Positions 61,969 to 64,000 of a DNA stretch of 64,000 bases are shown in pieces (positions within the stretch are counted from its first letter, which is position 1; each line of letters begins with the position of its first letter). The notes beneath the pieces were generated by a model, which saw only the letters and a list, made by a program, of their open reading frames with translations, was not told where the DNA came from and searched no databases. A program made the position numbers and the translations under genes. The stretch comes from Aulosira sp. ZfuVER01 (lineage in GTDB: Bacteria; Cyanobacteriota; Cyanobacteriia; Cyanobacteriales; Nostocaceae), in contig JAVRCV020000053.1 in NCBI GenBank assembly GCA_034530615.2, forward strand, positions 81,048 through 145,047, given 5' to 3'.

Positions 61969-62024
61969 AGATAAATAACATAGTCTAAATCTCATTATAA
62001 AGAATAGCTTTCAACTTCCTTGTC

Positions 62025-62069
62025 ACGCCACTTGCTTTAAGCCGGGAAACCCGTCCAACGCAGTGGCTC
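62025..62069. repeat. Small dispersed structured repeat (GGGAAACCC core)
   Basis: ACGCCACTTGCTTTAAGCCGGGAAACCCGTCCAACGCAGTGGCTC; relative of the element at 41612. Confidence 0.7.
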
Positions 62070-62091
62070 CCCCTTGTCTCCCTCATCCCCC

Positions 62092-63792
62092 TCACGGTGA
62101 CGGAGTAGGGGTTGGCTGTGGTTTTGGTGCTGGTACTGTTGGTTGGGGATCTAAGCCATTCAATGCTTGTTTCAACTGCTCTGTTGTCAAGGACTGTAAA
62201 ACACTGAGATTGAGAGGAGCCTGACTAATATATTGAGCGTAAGCAGGCTGCAAATAAGAACGGTATTCAGAACGATTTAAAAGATGGGTGTCTAAGAAAG
62301 CTAGGCTTAAGGCTTTGAGATAGGAATAAGCAGGCGCACGATTTGGCCCTAGTAAAGCTTCTGGTACAGGTAAGACATTATTGTTAGCAGTTGGTTCTGC
62401 GATCGCACTAAAGTGTGTAGCTTTTTCGATTAAAACTAAGTATTTATTGGGATTAGGTAGCCAAGTAAAAGGATAAATTTGTTCAGCTACTGGTGGGGCG
62501 AAAATATCTTCACTACCGGCTACTAGCATTGTCGGTACTTGAATTTGACTCACACCGCTTTCACCCAAGACCGAACTATCAATCGGATTTACCGCAATCA
62601 CAGCCTTAATGCGATTGTCTTGCAGTGGATAATTTGCTACTGGCAACTCATAAGCACGACATTGCAAAAATACTGACACATTCAAGGTTCTATTAGGATT
62701 GCAATCGCGGCGCAGTTTGTCAAAGTTAATTTTCGCTCCAGCCAAAGCCATAACAGTATAACCACCGAAGGAATGACCGATCGCTGCAATTTGTTGGAAA
62801 TTTAGTTTCCCTCTGAGGTTGGGATCGGTTTTATCTAACTGCTGGAGTTGATCGAGTACAAACTTAACATCTAAAGGTCGGTTGAGAAATTCTTTTGCTT
62901 CTGGGGGCCCAGCCAAGCCGGAAAAATATAGTTGAAAGCGTTCAGCATTACTACCAGGGTGTTCTAAGACAGCAACAGCAAAACCGTGAGATGCTAAATG
63001 TTCGGCAAGGTAGACGAAGGCATAGCGATCTGAAGCCACACCATGAGAAATTACAACTAGCGGAAAGGGCGGTTTTAGTGCATCTCCTGTGGTTGACGAT
63101 GATGTTTGCGGCACATAGACATCCACAGGTAGACTGCGATTCCGGGAATTGTCGTTAAGTTTGAGGCTAGCGATTTGCCATTTGTAATTTCCAGGCGATC
63201 GCAAATCTGGCTGTTGCGAGAAGTCAACCTTGCCATTAGGAGCTTCTGCGATCGTCTGTTGTTTGATAAATGCAACAATTTGATCCTTGGCTTTGCCCAA
63301 CTCTAACAAGCTATTAACGATCTGTAGACCCTCAGAAAAATTTAATCGCAAACTGTCGCTAGGATACTTACGCAACAAATTTACAACTGTTAAACCTTCT
63401 GGATCGGCCGCAGATAAAATCAAAGCCCCACGTATCGCATAAAAACCATTCTGGCGAGACTCAGTAAGCAGTAATTCCCCTAAACGTCGTAATACCGCCT
63501 CACCTAAAGGTGAGTAGGTAAATTGAGAAACTAAAACCGGAGGAATATCAAATTTTTGTTGCAGTAGTTGCCGTAATTGAGCAAGTTGTTCAGGAGTAGC
63601 ACGTTTAGCATAAAATGCTAATTCACTGTTGATTTTACCTTCCTTAGCAAATTTTTCGAGGGATTCAGCAGATAAAGAAAACTCCCCAAAGGGAGGGTAA
63701 AAAAAACTAATGCGTTCAGCTCCCAGTCCAGGCGTTGCAGCGATCATCGTAGAAAATATACCTAAACTGAGATATTTCAGAAATTTTTTCAT
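62092..63792 (-). CDS. Alpha/beta hydrolase with a DUF1400-like N-terminus
   Basis: AERI.. N-terminal domain; ISHG; GHSFGG nucleophile motif; THFS. Confidence 0.9.
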   Translation of the reverse strand: MKKFLKYLSLGIFSTMIAATPGLGAERISFFYPPFGEFSLSAESLEKFAKEGKINSELAFYAKRATPEQLAQLRQLLQQKFDIPPVLVSQFTYSPLGEAVLRRLGELLLTESRQNGFYAIRGALILSAADPEGLTVVNLLRKYPSDSLRLNFSEGLQIVNSLLELGKAKDQIVAFIKQQTIAEAPNGKVDFSQQPDLRSPGNYKWQIASLKLNDNSRNRSLPVDVYVPQTSSSTTGDALKPPFPLVVISHGVASDRYAFVYLAEHLASHGFAVAVLEHPGSNAERFQLYFSGLAGPPEAKEFLNRPLDVKFVLDQLQQLDKTDPNLRGKLNFQQIAAIGHSFGGYTVMALAGAKINFDKLRRDCNPNRTLNVSVFLQCRAYELPVANYPLQDNRIKAVIAVNPIDSSVLGESGVSQIQVPTMLVAGSEDIFAPPVAEQIYPFTWLPNPNKYLVLIEKATHFSAIAEPTANNNVLPVPEALLGPNRAPAYSYLKALSLAFLDTHLLNRSEYRSYLQPAYAQYISQAPLNLSVLQSLTTEQLKQALNGLDPQPTVPAPKPQPTPTPSP

Positions 63793-63867
63793 TTCTCTAC
63801 CTGTTGTGAATCAAGCTTTGGTGGGCAGGCTTTGTTCATATAGCGATACCCTTAAGAGTATGGAATA

Positions 63868-64000
63868 TTGATTAACGAGTATCTAAGCTTCATTAACGAG
63901 TATCTAAGCCTGATTAACCAGTATCTAAGGACTGATTAACCAATATTTGCGCTTGATTAACCAGTATTTGAGCTTGATTAACGAGTATCTGAGCTTGGTT
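63868..64000. repeat. 21-bp tandem repeat array (6+ units, runs off the right edge)
   Basis: Consensus TTGATTAACSAGTATCTRAGC; no spacers. Confidence 0.9.

Noticed and set aside
2792..63278. Numerous ORF-track entries antisense to or nested in real genes (e.g. 2792-3139, 4755-5162, 17353-17751, 29804-30262, 30467-31066, 43795-44103, 58810-59193)
   Set aside because: Shadow frames of well-supported genes with no independent evidence.
63868..64000. CRISPR array
   Set aside because: Units are directly adjacent with no unique spacers, and there are no cas genes in the window.

Overview
Chromosomal window from a filamentous cyanobacterium, most likely Nostocales. Supporting signs are frequent HIP1 octamers (GCGATCGC), heptameric short tandem repeats, petB-petD, ctpA, hemE, split-intein dnaE-n, fused thiO-thiG, psb34 and an hlip. 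Most of the window is housekeeping or ordinary accessory genes. Two regions stand out. (1) 16.3-18.7 kb: a RAYT (REP-associated Y1/HUH transposase) gene lies between two inverted 29-bp GTAG-type REP palindromes. Both REPs are split at their exact centre, each with a 9-bp target duplication: one by a complete IS4-family element, the other by a 204-bp MITE with the same terminal repeats. Empty copies of the REP and a solo IS end beside a REP half occur elsewhere in the window, which points to an IS4/MITE family that targets REPs. (2) 33.9-38.3 kb, directly after dnaE-n: an HTH-NACHT (STAND) gene with no C-terminal sensor domain is transcribed divergently from an MbcA-like antitoxin, a RES-domain toxin and a membrane-anchored unknown protein. 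The shared promoter carries 11-bp-phased direct repeats. This is a candidate defence or stress module. Also found: a candidate ~210-nt structured RNA at ~40.95-41.16 kb, nested small mobile repeats, in-frame repeat insertions in three enzymes, several small genes and pseudogenes missing from the ORF track, and a 21-bp tandem array at the right edge. No tRNA, rRNA or CRISPR array was seen. All calls come from reading the sequence by eye; no searches were run.
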